From the NCBI GenBank assembly GCA_964243295.1, contig CAXTEJ010000025.1, positions 1 through 52,055 on the forward strand: DNA of 52,055 bases, in the 5' to 3' direction. Source of the stretch: an uncultured Actinomycetales bacterium (GTDB taxonomy: Bacteria > Actinomycetota > Actinomycetes > Actinomycetales > Angustibacteraceae). The notes beneath the pieces were generated by a model. The model did no database searches. It was not told the origin of the DNA and worked only from the letters and a program-made list of their open reading frames with translations. Positions 24,318 to 34,922 of this stretch are shown in pieces (position 1 is the stretch's first letter; each line of letters starts with the position of its first letter). The position numbers and the translations under genes were made by a program.

Positions 24318-25573
24318 GAGCCGGCCTCCGTGCTGGTGGTGGACCGGCGCGGTGACCGCCCGGCGGCCTTCGTGGGCTGGGTGGCCTTTGCGGTCTTCCT
24401 CGGCGTCGCGCGCTGGGGCTCCTTGGGCGCCGTGCGCGCGCTGCGCCGGGACGTCGGCGCCGACCCGATCGGCTCGCCGGCGGCGTCGCTGCTCCCGCGC
24501 CTGGCGTCGGTCGAGGGCTCGTCGGTGGTCGCCGGGCGCTCGGCGGGCTCGCCGCTCGGCGAGGCCTTGGCGATGGCCCGGGCGGTGGAGCGCTCGCGGC
24601 GGTCGGCGGTGCGCGCGCGGGAGCGGGCCTCGTCCAGCGAGGGACCGGCGGCACGCCCGGTCTCGAGCCGGCCGAGCCCCTTGCTCAGGGCGAGCTGGTA
24701 GACCTCGTCGGGGTCGAGCCGGCGCAGCTCCTCGGCCAGGCACTCAGCCGTGGGACGGCGGGGCAGGGCGATGCGGCGGTCGGGCTGCCCGGGCTGGGTG
24801 AGCGTCGCGATGGCGCCCTCGACGCGCACCAGGTCGATCGGCCCGTTGCGTCGCTGCAGCCGCACGCTCGCCATGCCGGTGCCCGTTCCGGACCTCGCGC
24901 GCACGACCGGTGCCTTGAGCGTCTCGGCCAGCCACGCGCCCAGCAGGTCGGTGCTGGGGCTGTCGGAGGCGCCGGTCACGACGACCTGCTCGACGGACAG
25001 GTACGGCGGCTGGTCGAGAGCCGCGGCGAGCAGCCCGCGCCAGCGGGTGATCCGCGTCCAGGCCAGGTCGGTGTCGCCCACGGCGTAGCCGGCGCGGCGC
25101 TTGTCGAGCTCCTTGCGCGGGGAGCGGGTCTCGGCGGCGTCGGTGATGCGCCGCTGCGCCATGGCGCCGATGGGGTCCTCGCTCGGCACGGCGGGCGCCG
25201 TGGACGGCCACCACGCCACGACGGGGGAGTCGGGCAGCAGCAGGGGCGTGACGACGCTGTCGCCGTGCTGGGCGAGGCGGCCGTAGAGCCGCAGGATGAT
25301 GACCTCGCTGGCCCCGGCGTCGCCGCCGACGCGGATCTGGGCGTCGACGCGGTCGACGCCCCGGCGGTTGGCCTGCACGATCACGAGCACCCGGCAGGGG
25401 TGCTCCCGGCTCGCGCTGTTGGCGGCCTCGATGGCCGCCTCGGCGCCGTCGTCCTCGGTGACGATGATCAGCGTGAGCACCCGACCCAGGGCCACGGCGC
25501 CGCCGTTGTCACGCAGGTCGACCAGCTTGCGGTTGACCGCGCTGGTCGTCGTGCTGGGCATGTCGATGATCAC
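24314..25573 (-). CDS. opcA: Glucose-6-phosphate dehydrogenase assembly protein OpcA with ~110-aa basic disordered C-terminal extension
   Basis: First ~305 aa is the OpcA core. The rest (...ARSRARTADRRERSTARAIAKASPSGEPAERPATTDEPST...PRKTAKATQPTKAAGRSPRRSTTSTEAGS) is S/T/P/A/K/R-rich; same frame, high GC3, and it ends in the GTGA junction with pgl. Confidence 0.85.
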   Translation of the reverse strand: MIIDMPSTTTSAVNRKLVDLRDNGGAVALGRVLTLIIVTEDDGAEAAIEAANSASREHPCRVLVIVQANRRGVDRVDAQIRVGGDAGASEVIILRLYGRLAQHGDSVVTPLLLPDSPVVAWWPSTAPAVPSEDPIGAMAQRRITDAAETRSPRKELDKRRAGYAVGDTDLAWTRITRWRGLLAAALDQPPYLSVEQVVVTGASDSPSTDLLGAWLAETLKAPVVRARSGTGTGMASVRLQRRNGPIDLVRVEGAIATLTQPGQPDRRIALPRRPTAECLAEELRRLDPDEVYQLALSKGLGRLETGRAAGPSLDEARSRARTADRRERSTARAIAKASPSGEPAERPATTDEPSTDARRGSSDAAGEPIGSAPTSRRSARTAPKEPQRATPRKTAKATQPTKAAGRSPRRSTTSTEAGS

Positions 25574-27111
25574 GGCAGCCTCCAGGACCGGCCGTCGCGG
25601 GCCATCATCGTGTCGGCGCCCGCGGGCCCCCAGGTGCCCGCGGAGTAGGGCTCGGGCCGGCCGTTGCGCGACCAGTACGCCTCGATCGGGTCGAGGATGC
25701 GCCAGGACAGCTCGACCTCCTCGTGGCGGGGGAACAGCGGCGGGTCGCCCAGCAGCACGTCGAGGATCAGCCGCTCGTAGGCCTCGGGCGAGGACTCGGT
25801 GAAGGCGTGGCCGTAGCCGAAGTCCATGGTCACGTCACGCACCTCCATGGCCGTGCCCGGCACCTTGGACCCGAAGCGCATGGTGATGCCCTCGTCGGGC
25901 TGCACCCGCACCACGAGCGCGTTGCGGCCGAGCTCCTCGGTGGCGGTGCTGGCGAACGGCAGGTGCGGCGCCTGCTTGAAGACGATGGCGATCTCGGTGA
26001 CCCGTCGTCCGAGCCGCTTGCCGGTGCGCAGGTAGAACGGCACCCCGGCCCAGCGGCGCGTGTCGATCTCGAGCTTGACCGCCGCGTAGGTCTCGGTGAC
26101 GGTGTCCTTGGAGATGCCCTCCTCCTGCAGGTAGCCCTTGACGGGCTGCCCGCCCTGCCAGCCCGCGGCGTACTGCCCGCGGGACGTCGAGGCGTCGAGG
26201 TCGCGAGGCACTCGGACGGCGGAGAGCACCTTCTCCTTCTCCGAGCGCAGGCTCTCGGCCTCGAAGGAGACCGGCTCCTCCATCGCCGTGAGCGCCAGCA
26301 GCTGCAGCAGGTGGTTCTGGATGACGTCGCGCGCCGCGCCGATGCCGTCGTAGTAGCCGGCGCGGCCGCCGATGCCGATGTCCTCGGCCATCGTGATCTG
26401 CACGTGGTCGACGTAGTTGGCGTTCCAGATCGGCTCGAACATCTGGTTGGCGAAGCGCAGCGCCAGGATGTTCTGCACCGTCTCCTTGCCCAGGTAGTGG
26501 TCGATGCGGAAGACCGAGTCGGGCGGGAAGACCTGCGAGACGATCTCGTTGAGCTGGCGCGCGCTCTTGAGGTCGTGGCCGAACGGCTTCTCGATGACCA
26601 CGCGGCGCCAGCTGTCGGTGGCGGGCTTGGACAGCCCCGACCGCTGGAGCTGCTGGCACACGTCGGCGAAGAACCGGGGCGGGATCGACAGGTAGAACGC
26701 GTGGTTGCCGCCGGTGCCGCGCTCGGCGTCGAGTGTCTGCACGGTGTCGCGCAGCGTGTCGAAGGCCTCGTCGTCGCTGAAGTCGCCGGGGACGAACCGG
26801 AACCCGTCGGCGAGGTGGCGCCACACGTCCTCACGGAACGGGGTGCGGGCGTGCTCGCGCACGGCGTCGTAGACGATCTGCCCGAAGTCCTGGTTCTCCC
26901 AGTCGCGGCGCGCGAAGCCCACCAGCGAGAACCCCGGCGGCAGCAGCCCGCGGTTGGACAGGTCGTAGACCGCGGGCATCAGCTTCTTGCGCGCGAGGTC
27001 GCCCGTGACGCCGAAGATCACCAGGCTGCACGGCCCCGCGATCTTCTGCAGCCGCTTGTCACGCGGGTCGCGCAGCGGGTTCTGACCCGCGGCGACGCGG
27101 GCAGGACTCAC
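25570..27111 (-). CDS. zwf: Glucose-6-phosphate 1-dehydrogenase
   Basis: 513 aa. NADP-binding LVIFGVTGDLARKKL, active site DHYLGKE, RIDHYLGKETVQNI. Confidence 0.95.
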   Translation of the reverse strand: MSPARVAAGQNPLRDPRDKRLQKIAGPCSLVIFGVTGDLARKKLMPAVYDLSNRGLLPPGFSLVGFARRDWENQDFGQIVYDAVREHARTPFREDVWRHLADGFRFVPGDFSDDEAFDTLRDTVQTLDAERGTGGNHAFYLSIPPRFFADVCQQLQRSGLSKPATDSWRRVVIEKPFGHDLKSARQLNEIVSQVFPPDSVFRIDHYLGKETVQNILALRFANQMFEPIWNANYVDHVQITMAEDIGIGGRAGYYDGIGAARDVIQNHLLQLLALTAMEEPVSFEAESLRSEKEKVLSAVRVPRDLDASTSRGQYAAGWQGGQPVKGYLQEEGISKDTVTETYAAVKLEIDTRRWAGVPFYLRTGKRLGRRVTEIAIVFKQAPHLPFASTATEELGRNALVVRVQPDEGITMRFGSKVPGTAMEVRDVTMDFGYGHAFTESSPEAYERLILDVLLGDPPLFPRHEEVELSWRILDPIEAYWSRNGRPEPYSAGTWGPAGADTMMARDGRSWRLP

Positions 27112-28799
27112 GCAAGCACCTCCAGCAGGCGCCGGACGCCCGCCTCGCGGTCGGTGAGGTGCAGCTTGAGCACCGGGCGCCCGTGGTCGGCCAGCACCTG
27201 CGCGTCACCGGCGGCCTGCGCGGTGATCAGCTCGCCGAAGGTGAACGGCTGGCCCGGGACGTCGAGGTCCTCGTGCGGTGCGCCGGTGACCTGCAGGTAG
27301 ACGCCGGTCGCGGGGCCGCCCTTGTGGTACTGGCCCGTCGAGTGCAGGAACCGGGGGCCCCACCCGAAGGTGGTGGGGCGCTCGCTGCGCCGGGCGAGGG
27401 GCTCGCGCACGCCCGCCAGCTCGGCGTCGGCGAGCCGGTCGAGGTACACCATGACCGAGAGGTAGCCGCGCTGGGCGTCCAGCTGCCCGAGCAGGGCCTC
27501 GACGGCGCCGGGGACGTCGGTGACGCCGTCCAGCAGACCGTCGGTGCCGCGCACCTCGATGCCGCCGTCGACGAACGCCGGGGCGTCGGCGGTGGGGGCG
27601 TCGAGCAGACCGCGCGCCGCCTTCTTGGCGCTCTCGACGTCGGGCTGGTCGAAGGGGTTGATGCCCAGCAGGTGGCCGGCGACCGCGGTCGCGACCTCCC
27701 ACAGCAGCATCTGGGCGCCGAGCGAGCCGGCGACCGTCACCTCGGTGGGCGGGGGCGTCGCGTCGTCGGTGGCGTCCGGCACCTCGGTGCCGGTGTCGTC
27801 GGTCGCCGAGACCAGCCGCGCCGGCAGGACGTCGGCCGGCGCGCTGGCCACCTCGGGTGCCTGCGGGCCGTCGACCACGACGGGCAGGATGCCGAGCCCG
27901 GACTTGCCGGTGCTCTCGGCGATGAGCTGCTCGGCCCAGTCGGCGAAGCCGGGGATGCCCGACCCGTCCTCGGCGAGCACCACCTTGTCGCGCGGCGGCG
28001 TGGCGTCGGGCAGCCCGGCGAGGGCGGCGCCGAGGACGAGGCCCGGGTTGCCCTCGGCGTCCTCGGCGAGCAGGTCGGCGACGGCCTCGGCCTGGTCGAG
28101 CAGGCCCGCGACGTCGACGCCTGCCAGACCGCTCGGCACCAGGCCGAACGCGGTGAGCGCGGAGTAGCGGCCGCCGACGTGGGGGTCGGCGAGCACGACG
28201 TGGTAGCCGGCCTCGCGTGCCGACGCCTCGAGCGGCGAGCCCGGGTCGGTGACCACGACGATGCGCGTCGTGGGGTCGATGCCGGCGTCGGTGAACGCCT
28301 TCTCGTACGCCGCGCGCTGGCTGGCGGTCTCGAGCGTGCCGCCGGACTTGCTGGACACCACGACGACGGTGCGGTCGAGGGAGGTCTGCAGCGCGGTGCG
28401 CACGGCGTCGGGGTCGCTGGAGTCGAGCACGGTCAGCGGGACGCCGGCGTCGGCGCAGATGACCTCCGGCGCCAGCGAGGAGCCGCCCATGCCGCAGAGC
28501 ACGACGTGGTCGGCGCCGGCCGAGGCGAGCGTCTCCTTCAGCGCGGCGATCTCGCCGACGAGGGGGCGCGAGCTTCGGCCCAGGCCCGTCCACGACAGCC
28601 GGATGGCCGACTCGGCCTCGGCCTCGGGGCCCCACAGCGTCGCGTCCTGCGCGAACAGCCGGGAGGCGACGTGGTCGTCGACGAGCGCCGCGACGTGAGC
28701 GTGGACGGCGTCGGCCGCCTCGCCGGACGCCGTGACCTCCAGCTGCGCGGAGCCCTCGTCACCGGCCCAGGCGAGCAGCCAGGACCCTGCCTCGGTCAC
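27108..28799 (-). CDS. pgi: Glucose-6-phosphate isomerase
   Basis: 563 aa from [28 protein letters not shown] and [15 protein letters not shown] are PGI signatures. GTGA overlap with tal upstream and ATGA overlap with zwf downstream. The 673-aa ORF-track entry is a run-on into the tal region. Confidence 0.9.
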   Translation of the reverse strand: MTEAGSWLLAWAGDEGSAQLEVTASGEAADAVHAHVAALVDDHVASRLFAQDATLWGPEAEAESAIRLSWTGLGRSSRPLVGEIAALKETLASAGADHVVLCGMGGSSLAPEVICADAGVPLTVLDSSDPDAVRTALQTSLDRTVVVVSSKSGGTLETASQRAAYEKAFTDAGIDPTTRIVVVTDPGSPLEASAREAGYHVVLADPHVGGRYSALTAFGLVPSGLAGVDVAGLLDQAEAVADLLAEDAEGNPGLVLGAALAGLPDATPPRDKVVLAEDGSGIPGFADWAEQLIAESTGKSGLGILPVVVDGPQAPEVASAPADVLPARLVSATDDTGTEVPDATDDATPPPTEVTVAGSLGAQMLLWEVATAVAGHLLGINPFDQPDVESAKKAARGLLDAPTADAPAFVDGGIEVRGTDGLLDGVTDVPGAVEALLGQLDAQRGYLSVMVYLDRLADAELAGVREPLARRSERPTTFGWGPRFLHSTGQYHKGGPATGVYLQVTGAPHEDLDVPGQPFTFGELITAQAAGDAQVLADHGRPVLKLHLTDREAGVRRLLEVLA

Positions 28800-29923
28800 T
28801 GGTCGGCCTTCTCGGCCGCGCCGACGCGCTCCAGCTCGTCGGTCACGGTGGCGAGCAGCTCGCCCCAGGACTTCTCGAACTTCTCCAGGCCCTCGCGCTC
28901 GAGCAGCTCGGTGACCTCGGCGAAGGAGATGCCGAGGCGCTCGAGGGCGTCGAGCACGGCGGCGGCATCGGCGTACGAGCCGCGGATGGTGTCGCCACCG
29001 ACCTCGCCGTGGTCGAAGACGGCGTCCATGGTGGTGCTCGGCATGGTGTTGACCGTGCCGCGGGTGACGAGCTCGGTGACGTACAGCGTGTCGGGGTAGG
29101 CCTTGTCCTTCATGCCCGTCGAGGCCCACAGCGGACGCTGGGCGTTGGCGCCGGCGTCCGCCAGCACGGTCCAGCGCGGGGTGGCGAAGACCTCCTCGAA
29201 CGCCTGGAAGGCGAGGCGGGCGTTCGCGAGGGCCGCCTTGCCGCGCAGGGCTGCGGCGTCCTCGCTGCCGAGGGCGTCGAGGCGGGCGTTGACCTCGGTG
29301 TCGACGCGCGAGACGAAGAACGAGGCGACCGAGTGGATGGTCGACAGGTCCTTGCCGGCCTCGCGGGCCTGCTCGAGGCCGGTGAGGAACGCCTGCATCA
29401 CGCCGCGGTAGCGGTCGAGCGCGAAGATGAGCGTCACGTTGACGCTGATGCCCTCGGCGATGACCTGGGAGATGGCCGGCAGGCCCTCGACGGTCGCGGG
29501 GATCTTGATCATGACGTTGGGCCGGTCGACGGCGGCCGACAGCTCCTTGGCGATCTCGACCGTCCGCGCGGTGTCGTGCGACAGCCGCGGGTCGACCTCG
29601 ATCGACACGCGGCCGTCCACGCCGCCGGTGCTGTCGTAGAGCGGGCGGAACACGTCGCAGGCGCGCTGCACGTCGGCCGTGGTGATGGCGAAGACGGCCT
29701 CCTCGACGGTGGCGCCGCTGGCGGACAGCTCCTTCATCTGGTCGGTGTAGGCCTCGCCCTTCGACAGCGCCGAGGCGAAGATCGTGGGGTTCGTGGTGAC
29801 GCCGACGACGTGCTTGTCGCTGATCAGCTTGTCGAGGTCGCCGCCGTTCAGCAGCTCGCGGGACAGGTCGTCGAGCCAGATGGAGACGCCGTGCTCACTG
29901 AGCTGGGCGAGTGCGTCGGTCAT
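28796..29923 (-). CDS. tal: Transaldolase
   Basis: 375 aa. VTTNPTIF, catalytic Lys region [19 protein letters not shown]. Confidence 0.95.
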   Translation of the reverse strand: MTDALAQLSEHGVSIWLDDLSRELLNGGDLDKLISDKHVVGVTTNPTIFASALSKGEAYTDQMKELSASGATVEEAVFAITTADVQRACDVFRPLYDSTGGVDGRVSIEVDPRLSHDTARTVEIAKELSAAVDRPNVMIKIPATVEGLPAISQVIAEGISVNVTLIFALDRYRGVMQAFLTGLEQAREAGKDLSTIHSVASFFVSRVDTEVNARLDALGSEDAAALRGKAALANARLAFQAFEEVFATPRWTVLADAGANAQRPLWASTGMKDKAYPDTLYVTELVTRGTVNTMPSTTMDAVFDHGEVGGDTIRGSYADAAAVLDALERLGISFAEVTELLEREGLEKFEKSWGELLATVTDELERVGAAEKADQ

Positions 29924-29988
29924 GGGGTTCCTCCCGGTTGCGGGTGGTGCGGGTTTCGTTCAGGGGTGGGGTCGAGGGCCGGCAGTGC

Positions 29989-32196
29989 CTACTGCTGGTC
30001 GCCGGTGCCGGTCGAGCTGGGCGCGGAGGTCGGCTGGTCGCCGCCGGGGCGCACGGCCGCCAGGCCGCCCGCGACGGTGGCGATGCTGTCGCGCGCCGCG
30101 GCCACGACCGCCTCGGTGGTGATGCCGAACTCGCGGTAGAGCGTCTGGTAGTCGGCGGAGGCGCCGAAGTGCTCCAGCGAGATGATCCGGCCGGCGTCAC
30201 CGACGACGTCGCGCCAGCCCTGGCCGATCGCCGCCTCCACGCTGACGCGCGCCCGCACGGACGGCGGCAGCACCTCGTCGCGGTAGGACTGCGGCTGGTC
30301 GGTGAACCACTCGCGGCACGGCATCGACACCACGCGGGTGGCGACACCGTCGGCCTGCAGCGCCGCGCGGGCCTCGACGGCGAGCGACAGCTCGCTGCCG
30401 GTGGCGACCAGGATGACCTCGGGCGTGCCGCCCTCGGCCTCGGCCAGCACGTAGCCGCCCTTCGCGACGCCCTCGGCGGGCGCGAACTCCGCACCGCGGT
30501 CGTAGACCGGCAGGTTCTGCCGGGTCAGGATGAGCCCGGCGGGGCGGTCCGTGTGCTCCAGGATCGTGCGCCACGCCCAGACGGTCTCGTTGGCGTCGCC
30601 GGGCCGGACGACGTCCAGGCCGGGGATCGCGCGCAGCGCCGCCAGGTGCTCGACCGGCTGGTGGGTCGGGCCGTCCTCGCCGACGCCGATGGAGTCGTGC
30701 GTCCACACGTAGGTGACCGGCAGCTTCATCAGCGCCGCGAGGCGCACGGCGCCGCGCATGTAGTCGCTGAACACCAGGAAGGTGCCGCCGTAGGGACGGG
30801 TCAGGCTCTGCAGCGCGATGCCGTTCATCGCCGAGCCCATCGCGTGCTCGCGGATGCCGAAGTGCAGCGTGCGGCCGTAGGGGCCGCCCTTCCACTTCTG
30901 GGTCTGGCGGTCGCTGGGGACGAACGACGGCTCGCCGTCCATCGTCGTGTTGTTGCTGCCCGCGAGGTCGGCCGACCCGCCCCACAGCTCGGGCATCACC
31001 GATGCCAGCGCAGTGAGGACCTTGCCGGACGCCGACCGGGTGGCCACGCCCTTGGGGTCGGCCGGGAACTGCGGCAGGACGTCGGTCCAGCCCTCGGGCA
31101 GCCGCTGGGCGCTCAGCCGCTCGAGCAGCGCCGCACGCTCGGGGTTGGCGGCCTTCCAGGCGTCGAAGCGTCCCTGCCAGGCCTCGTGGGCGGCCTTGCC
31201 GCGCTCCTGCGCCTTGCGGGTGTGGGTGATGACCTCGTCGCTGACCTCGAAGGTCTTCTCGGGGTCGAAGCCGAGCAGCGTCTTGGTGGCCGCGATCTCG
31301 TCGTCGCCGAGCGCCGAGCCGTGAGCCCCACCGGTGTTCTGCTTGCTGGGGGCGGGGTAGCCGATGATGGTCCGCAGCGCGATGAAGCTGGGGCGGCCCG
31401 TCTCCGCCTTGGCGGCGTCGATGGCGGCCTTGAGCGCGTCGACGTCCTCGACGTACGAGCCGGTGCTGGTCCAGTCGACCGTCTGCACGTGCCAGTCGTA
31501 GGCGGCGAAGCGGGCGGCGACGTCCTCGCTGAAGGCGACGTCGGTGTCGTCCTCGATCGAGATGTGGTTCTTGTCGTAGATCACGACCAGGTTGCCGAGC
31601 TGCTGGTGGCCCGCGAGCGACCCGGCCTCGGCCGTCACGCCCTCCTGCAGGTCGCCGTCGGAGGCGATCACGAAGACGTGGTGGTCGAAGGGGCTCTCGC
31701 CGGGGGCGGCGTCAGGGTCGAGCAGACCGCGCTCGCGGCGGGCGGCCATCGCCATGCCCACGGCGCTGGCCAGGCCCTGGCCCAGCGGGCCGGTCGTGAT
31801 CTCGACGCCCTTGGTGTGGCGGTGCTCGGGGTGGCCGGGCGTGGCCGAGCCCCAGGTGCGCAGCGCCTGCAGGTCGCTCAGCTCGAGGCCGTAGCCGGCG
31901 AGGTAGAGCTGGATGTAGAGGGTGAGGCTGCTGTGACCGCACGACAGCACGAACCGGTCGCGGCCGAGCCACTGGTCATCGGTCGGGTCGTGTCGCATGA
32001 CGTCCTGGAACAGCGTGTAGGCCAGGGGGGCGAGGCTCATCGCGGTGCCGGGGTGGCCGTTGCCGACCTTCTGCACGGCGTCGGCCGCGAGGACGCGGAC
32101 GGTGTCGACGGCGCGGACGTCGAGGTCCGTCCACCCGACCGTGCTGGCGACCGGAGCGCTCAGCGACGCGTCTCGGGCGGTGGTGGTCTCGCTCAC
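29989..32196 (-). CDS. tkt: Transketolase
   Basis: 735 aa from GTG 32196 (GAAGGGA SD upstream). TPP-binding [24 protein letters not shown]-type motif (SDGDLQEG), pyrimidine-binding and C-terminal domains. ORF-track start 32253 has poor GC3 and is rejected. Confidence 0.9.
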   Translation of the reverse strand: MSETTTARDASLSAPVASTVGWTDLDVRAVDTVRVLAADAVQKVGNGHPGTAMSLAPLAYTLFQDVMRHDPTDDQWLGRDRFVLSCGHSSLTLYIQLYLAGYGLELSDLQALRTWGSATPGHPEHRHTKGVEITTGPLGQGLASAVGMAMAARRERGLLDPDAAPGESPFDHHVFVIASDGDLQEGVTAEAGSLAGHQQLGNLVVIYDKNHISIEDDTDVAFSEDVAARFAAYDWHVQTVDWTSTGSYVEDVDALKAAIDAAKAETGRPSFIALRTIIGYPAPSKQNTGGAHGSALGDDEIAATKTLLGFDPEKTFEVSDEVITHTRKAQERGKAAHEAWQGRFDAWKAANPERAALLERLSAQRLPEGWTDVLPQFPADPKGVATRSASGKVLTALASVMPELWGGSADLAGSNNTTMDGEPSFVPSDRQTQKWKGGPYGRTLHFGIREHAMGSAMNGIALQSLTRPYGGTFLVFSDYMRGAVRLAALMKLPVTYVWTHDSIGVGEDGPTHQPVEHLAALRAIPGLDVVRPGDANETVWAWRTILEHTDRPAGLILTRQNLPVYDRGAEFAPAEGVAKGGYVLAEAEGGTPEVILVATGSELSLAVEARAALQADGVATRVVSMPCREWFTDQPQSYRDEVLPPSVRARVSVEAAIGQGWRDVVGDAGRIISLEHFGASADYQTLYREFGITTEAVVAAARDSIATVAGGLAAVRPGGDQPTSAPSSTGTGDQQ

Positions 32197-32517
32197 AAAT
32201 GATCCCTTCGTCGGGGGGAAGCCGTGATCGGCTCCGCCGTCGCAGCCCTGCACCGGCGAGCCTAGACCTCACCGCAGGTGGCGCACGCGCTGGCGCCTGA
32301 GCACGGCAGCGGGCCCGTCCGCGGGCCGACGCGCCGAGCGGCGGGCGCCGGCCGACCCGCCGGTCACCGGCCGGTCCGCCGGACCCGCACACCGCCGGTG
32401 CGAGCGGGTCGAGCCCCTCGGGTGGGCCGGCCGCCCGCAGGTACAGTGACGGGGACACAGCGCCCGGGCCGACCACGCGTCGCAGCGACGGCGCGACGCC
32501 CCCGACCCGAGGACCTC

Positions 32518-33483
32518 GTGACCGCGACCCACGCCCGCTCGAAGGCGCTGCTCCACCGCACCTCGTCCTCGCAGCAGGCGTCCGGCCGGGCGCAGGGCCC
32601 CGTGGCGACGGTCAGGGCGTACGTCGGGCTGACCAAGCCGCGCATCATCGAGACGCTGCTGGTCACGACCGTCCCGACGATGTTCCTCGCCGCGAAGGGC
32701 CTGCCGCCGCTGGGGCTGGTGGTCGCCACGCTGGTCGGCGGCACGCTCGCCGCCGGCAGCGCCAACACGCTGAACTGCTACGTCGACCGCGACATCGACG
32801 TCGTCATGCACCGCACCAGGAACCGCCCGCTGGTGACCGGCGCCGTCTCGCCGCAGGCGGCCCTGGTCTTCGGGCTGGTGCTCGGCGTCGCGTCCGTGCT
32901 GTTCCTCGGCCTGGTCGTCAACTGGCTGGCGGCAGGCCTCGCGCTCGGGGCGATCGCCTTCTACGTGCTCGTCTACACGATGCTGCTCAAGCGCCGCACC
33001 CCGCAGAACATCGTGTGGGGCGGCGCTGCGGGTTGCATGCAGGTGCTCATCGGCTGGGCTGCGGTCACCGGGTCGCTGGCCGCCGCCCCGTTCGTGCTGT
33101 TCCTCGTCATCTTCTTGTGGACCCCGCCGCACTACTGGCCGCTGTCGATGCGGTTCGAGGACGACTACGCCGCCGCCGGCGTGCCCATGCTGCCGGTCGT
33201 CGCCAGTGACATCGCCGTCGCGCGGCGGGTCGTCGCGTACTCGTGGGCCATGGTGGCGGCCTCGCTGCTGCTCGTGCCCGTGGCGCCGACCGGTCCGGTC
33301 TACGCCGTCTCGGCCGTCGCCCTCGGAGCCGTGTTCGTGCTCGAGGCCCACCGGCTCCTGGCCCGCGCGAACGCCGGGGTCTCGGGCGCCGCGCTCAACC
33401 CGATGCGGCTGTTCCACTACTCGATCACGTACGTGTCGCTGCTGTTCACAGTCGTCGCGATCGACCCGTTCCTGCGCTTCTAG
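32518..33483 (+). CDS. ctaB: Protoheme IX farnesyltransferase (heme O synthase)
   Basis: 321 aa from GTG (GAGGA SD). UbiA-family motifs [23 protein letters not shown] and DxxxD. The 401-aa upstream extension is Arg/Pro-rich and rejected. Confidence 0.85.
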   Translation: MTATHARSKALLHRTSSSQQASGRAQGPVATVRAYVGLTKPRIIETLLVTTVPTMFLAAKGLPPLGLVVATLVGGTLAAGSANTLNCYVDRDIDVVMHRTRNRPLVTGAVSPQAALVFGLVLGVASVLFLGLVVNWLAAGLALGAIAFYVLVYTMLLKRRTPQNIVWGGAAGCMQVLIGWAAVTGSLAAAPFVLFLVIFLWTPPHYWPLSMRFEDDYAAAGVPMLPVVASDIAVARRVVAYSWAMVAASLLLVPVAPTGPVYAVSAVALGAVFVLEAHRLLARANAGVSGAALNPMRLFHYSITYVSLLFTVVAIDPFLRF

Positions 33484-33504
33484 CGCGGGCGGGCTCAGCC
33501 CGCG
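33484..33504. terminator. Bidirectional stem-loop between convergent ctaB and M15 peptidase genes
   Basis: cgcgggc-gggctca-gcccgcg, 7-bp stem overlapping both stop codons (genes 11 bp apart). Confidence 0.4.
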
Positions 33505-34820
33505 AACTCCCAGTGCCACGGCTCGGGCCGGCTGCCGTCGGCCCGCGCCCACGAGGGGTGGAACCACCCTGACAGCGGCGCGTGCTGCCGCATCCACCCG
33601 TGCTGTGCGCTGCCGAACCGCTGCACCCCGCCGCACAGGTCGAGTGCGACCCCCCACCCGTGGTTGCTGGTGCCCGGTCGGGCGGCGAGCTGCGGCTTGG
33701 TCTGCGCCAGCCGCACCTGGTCGGCCAGCGGCCGGTAGGAGTCGGTGACGCACAGCGGCGTGCCGAAGTCGGCGGCGAAGGCGTGCGACAGCGACACGAA
33801 CGCGGCGGCCGCGTCGGCCCGCAGCAGCTGCCCCGGCGAGCTCCACAGCGGGCACAGCGCGGACGTCGGCAGCTGGCCGTTCGGGTACGCCGACAGGTCG
33901 CCGCCCTGGCACGCCCCTGCGGGCAGGGCGCCGGGCGCCCGCTGGGCGAAGCCGTGCCCGTCCTCGTCGCCCCACGTCGCGGCGACACCCAGCAGCGCGG
34001 CCTGCCGGTCGCGCTCGCGCTCGGCGACCTCCCGCAGGCGCTCGGCCTCGGCAGCCAGCCGCTGCTGCTCCTGACGGTGGCGCAGCGCCGCGCGGTCGGC
34101 GGCGAGCACGGCCTGCAGCAGGGCGAGGTGGTCCCGCTGGACCGCGAGGAGCTGCTGGCTGCGGACGCGCAGCGCCTCGGCCTGCGTCGCGGCGGCGGTG
34201 GCGCTGGCGCTCGCCGATTCGGCCCGGGCCTGGTCGAGGGCGGCGTCGCGCTGCACCTGCACGGCGCGCTCGGCGTCGTGCGAGCGGGCGGCCGACACGT
34301 TGCGCAGGGTGGCGAGGGCGCTGGCCGCGGTGGAGGGCGTCGCGTCCTGCAGCACGACCAGCGCGGCCGACAGCTCGCCGGCTCCGCCGGCGTGCACGTA
34401 CGACCAGCGCGCCCACTGGCTCACCGCGGCGCGGGAGCTCCGTGCCGACTGCTGCGCGTCGCCGGCCACGAGGTGCTGGACGACCTCGACCGTCCTGGCC
34501 TGCGACAGCTGCCGCTGGGCGGCCTGGTAGGCCTCGAGCGCCTGCGAGGCGGCGTCGGACACGGCGTCCAGCTCGGCCTCGACACCGGCGACGGCTCGCT
34601 CGCTGTCGCCCACTGCGTCGGCGTCGCCAGTGGTGGTCGGGATGGCCGACGGCGTCGGCGCGGCGTAGAGCGCGGCTGCGGGCGCCGCGGCTGCGGGTGT
34701 TGGGGTCTGCAGGGCCGCGGCGGGCGCGAGCGGCAGGGCGAGGGTCGCCAGCAGCGCGAGGACGGCGGCGCGCGGCCGGCGGTGCCGACGTCCGGCAGCG
34801 ACGTGCTGGCGTGGCCGCAC
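33495..34820 (-). CDS. Secreted M15-family (VanY/LAS-type) D-Ala-D-Ala carboxypeptidase-like protein with long coiled-coil N-terminal region
   Basis: Signal-peptide-like N-terminus (RRHRRPRAAVLALLATLALPLAPAAA), ~250 aa Ala/Glu/Gln/Arg-rich predicted coiled coil, C-terminal zinc-peptidase motifs SNHGWGVALDL and EPWHWE. Start uncertain. Confidence 0.7.
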   Translation of the reverse strand: MRPRQHVAAGRRHRRPRAAVLALLATLALPLAPAAALQTPTPAAAAPAAALYAAPTPSAIPTTTGDADAVGDSERAVAGVEAELDAVSDAASQALEAYQAAQRQLSQARTVEVVQHLVAGDAQQSARSSRAAVSQWARWSYVHAGGAGELSAALVVLQDATPSTAASALATLRNVSAARSHDAERAVQVQRDAALDQARAESASASATAAATQAEALRVRSQQLLAVQRDHLALLQAVLAADRAALRHRQEQQRLAAEAERLREVAERERDRQAALLGVAATWGDEDGHGFAQRAPGALPAGACQGGDLSAYPNGQLPTSALCPLWSSPGQLLRADAAAAFVSLSHAFAADFGTPLCVTDSYRPLADQVRLAQTKPQLAARPGTSNHGWGVALDLCGGVQRFGSAQHGWMRQHAPLSGWFHPSWARADGSRPEPWHWEFAG

Positions 34821-34922
34821 CCGTCACCCCGTCCGTCGACCGGCGTCGCGCCGGCTGCGGGCGCCGTCGCCGGGCGCCACCCTGGGTCTCGACCTCGGGG
34901 CGCGTGGGCTTGAGCGGGTGGC

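Noticed and set aside
24314-24680. OpcA tail as a frameshift artefact
   Set aside because: Frame is continuous, GC3 of the tail codons is coding-like, and the tail ends in the same GTGA start/stop overlap used at other junctions of this operon. Kept as real, but flagged for re-sequencing.
32197-32253. Longer transketolase N-terminus from ATG 32253 (MQGCDGGADHGFPPTKGSF)
   Set aside because: Several A/T-ending codons (gga, gat, tca, ttt) unlike the rest of the gene. A GAAGGGA Shine-Dalgarno sits inside this stretch, correctly spaced for GTG 32196.
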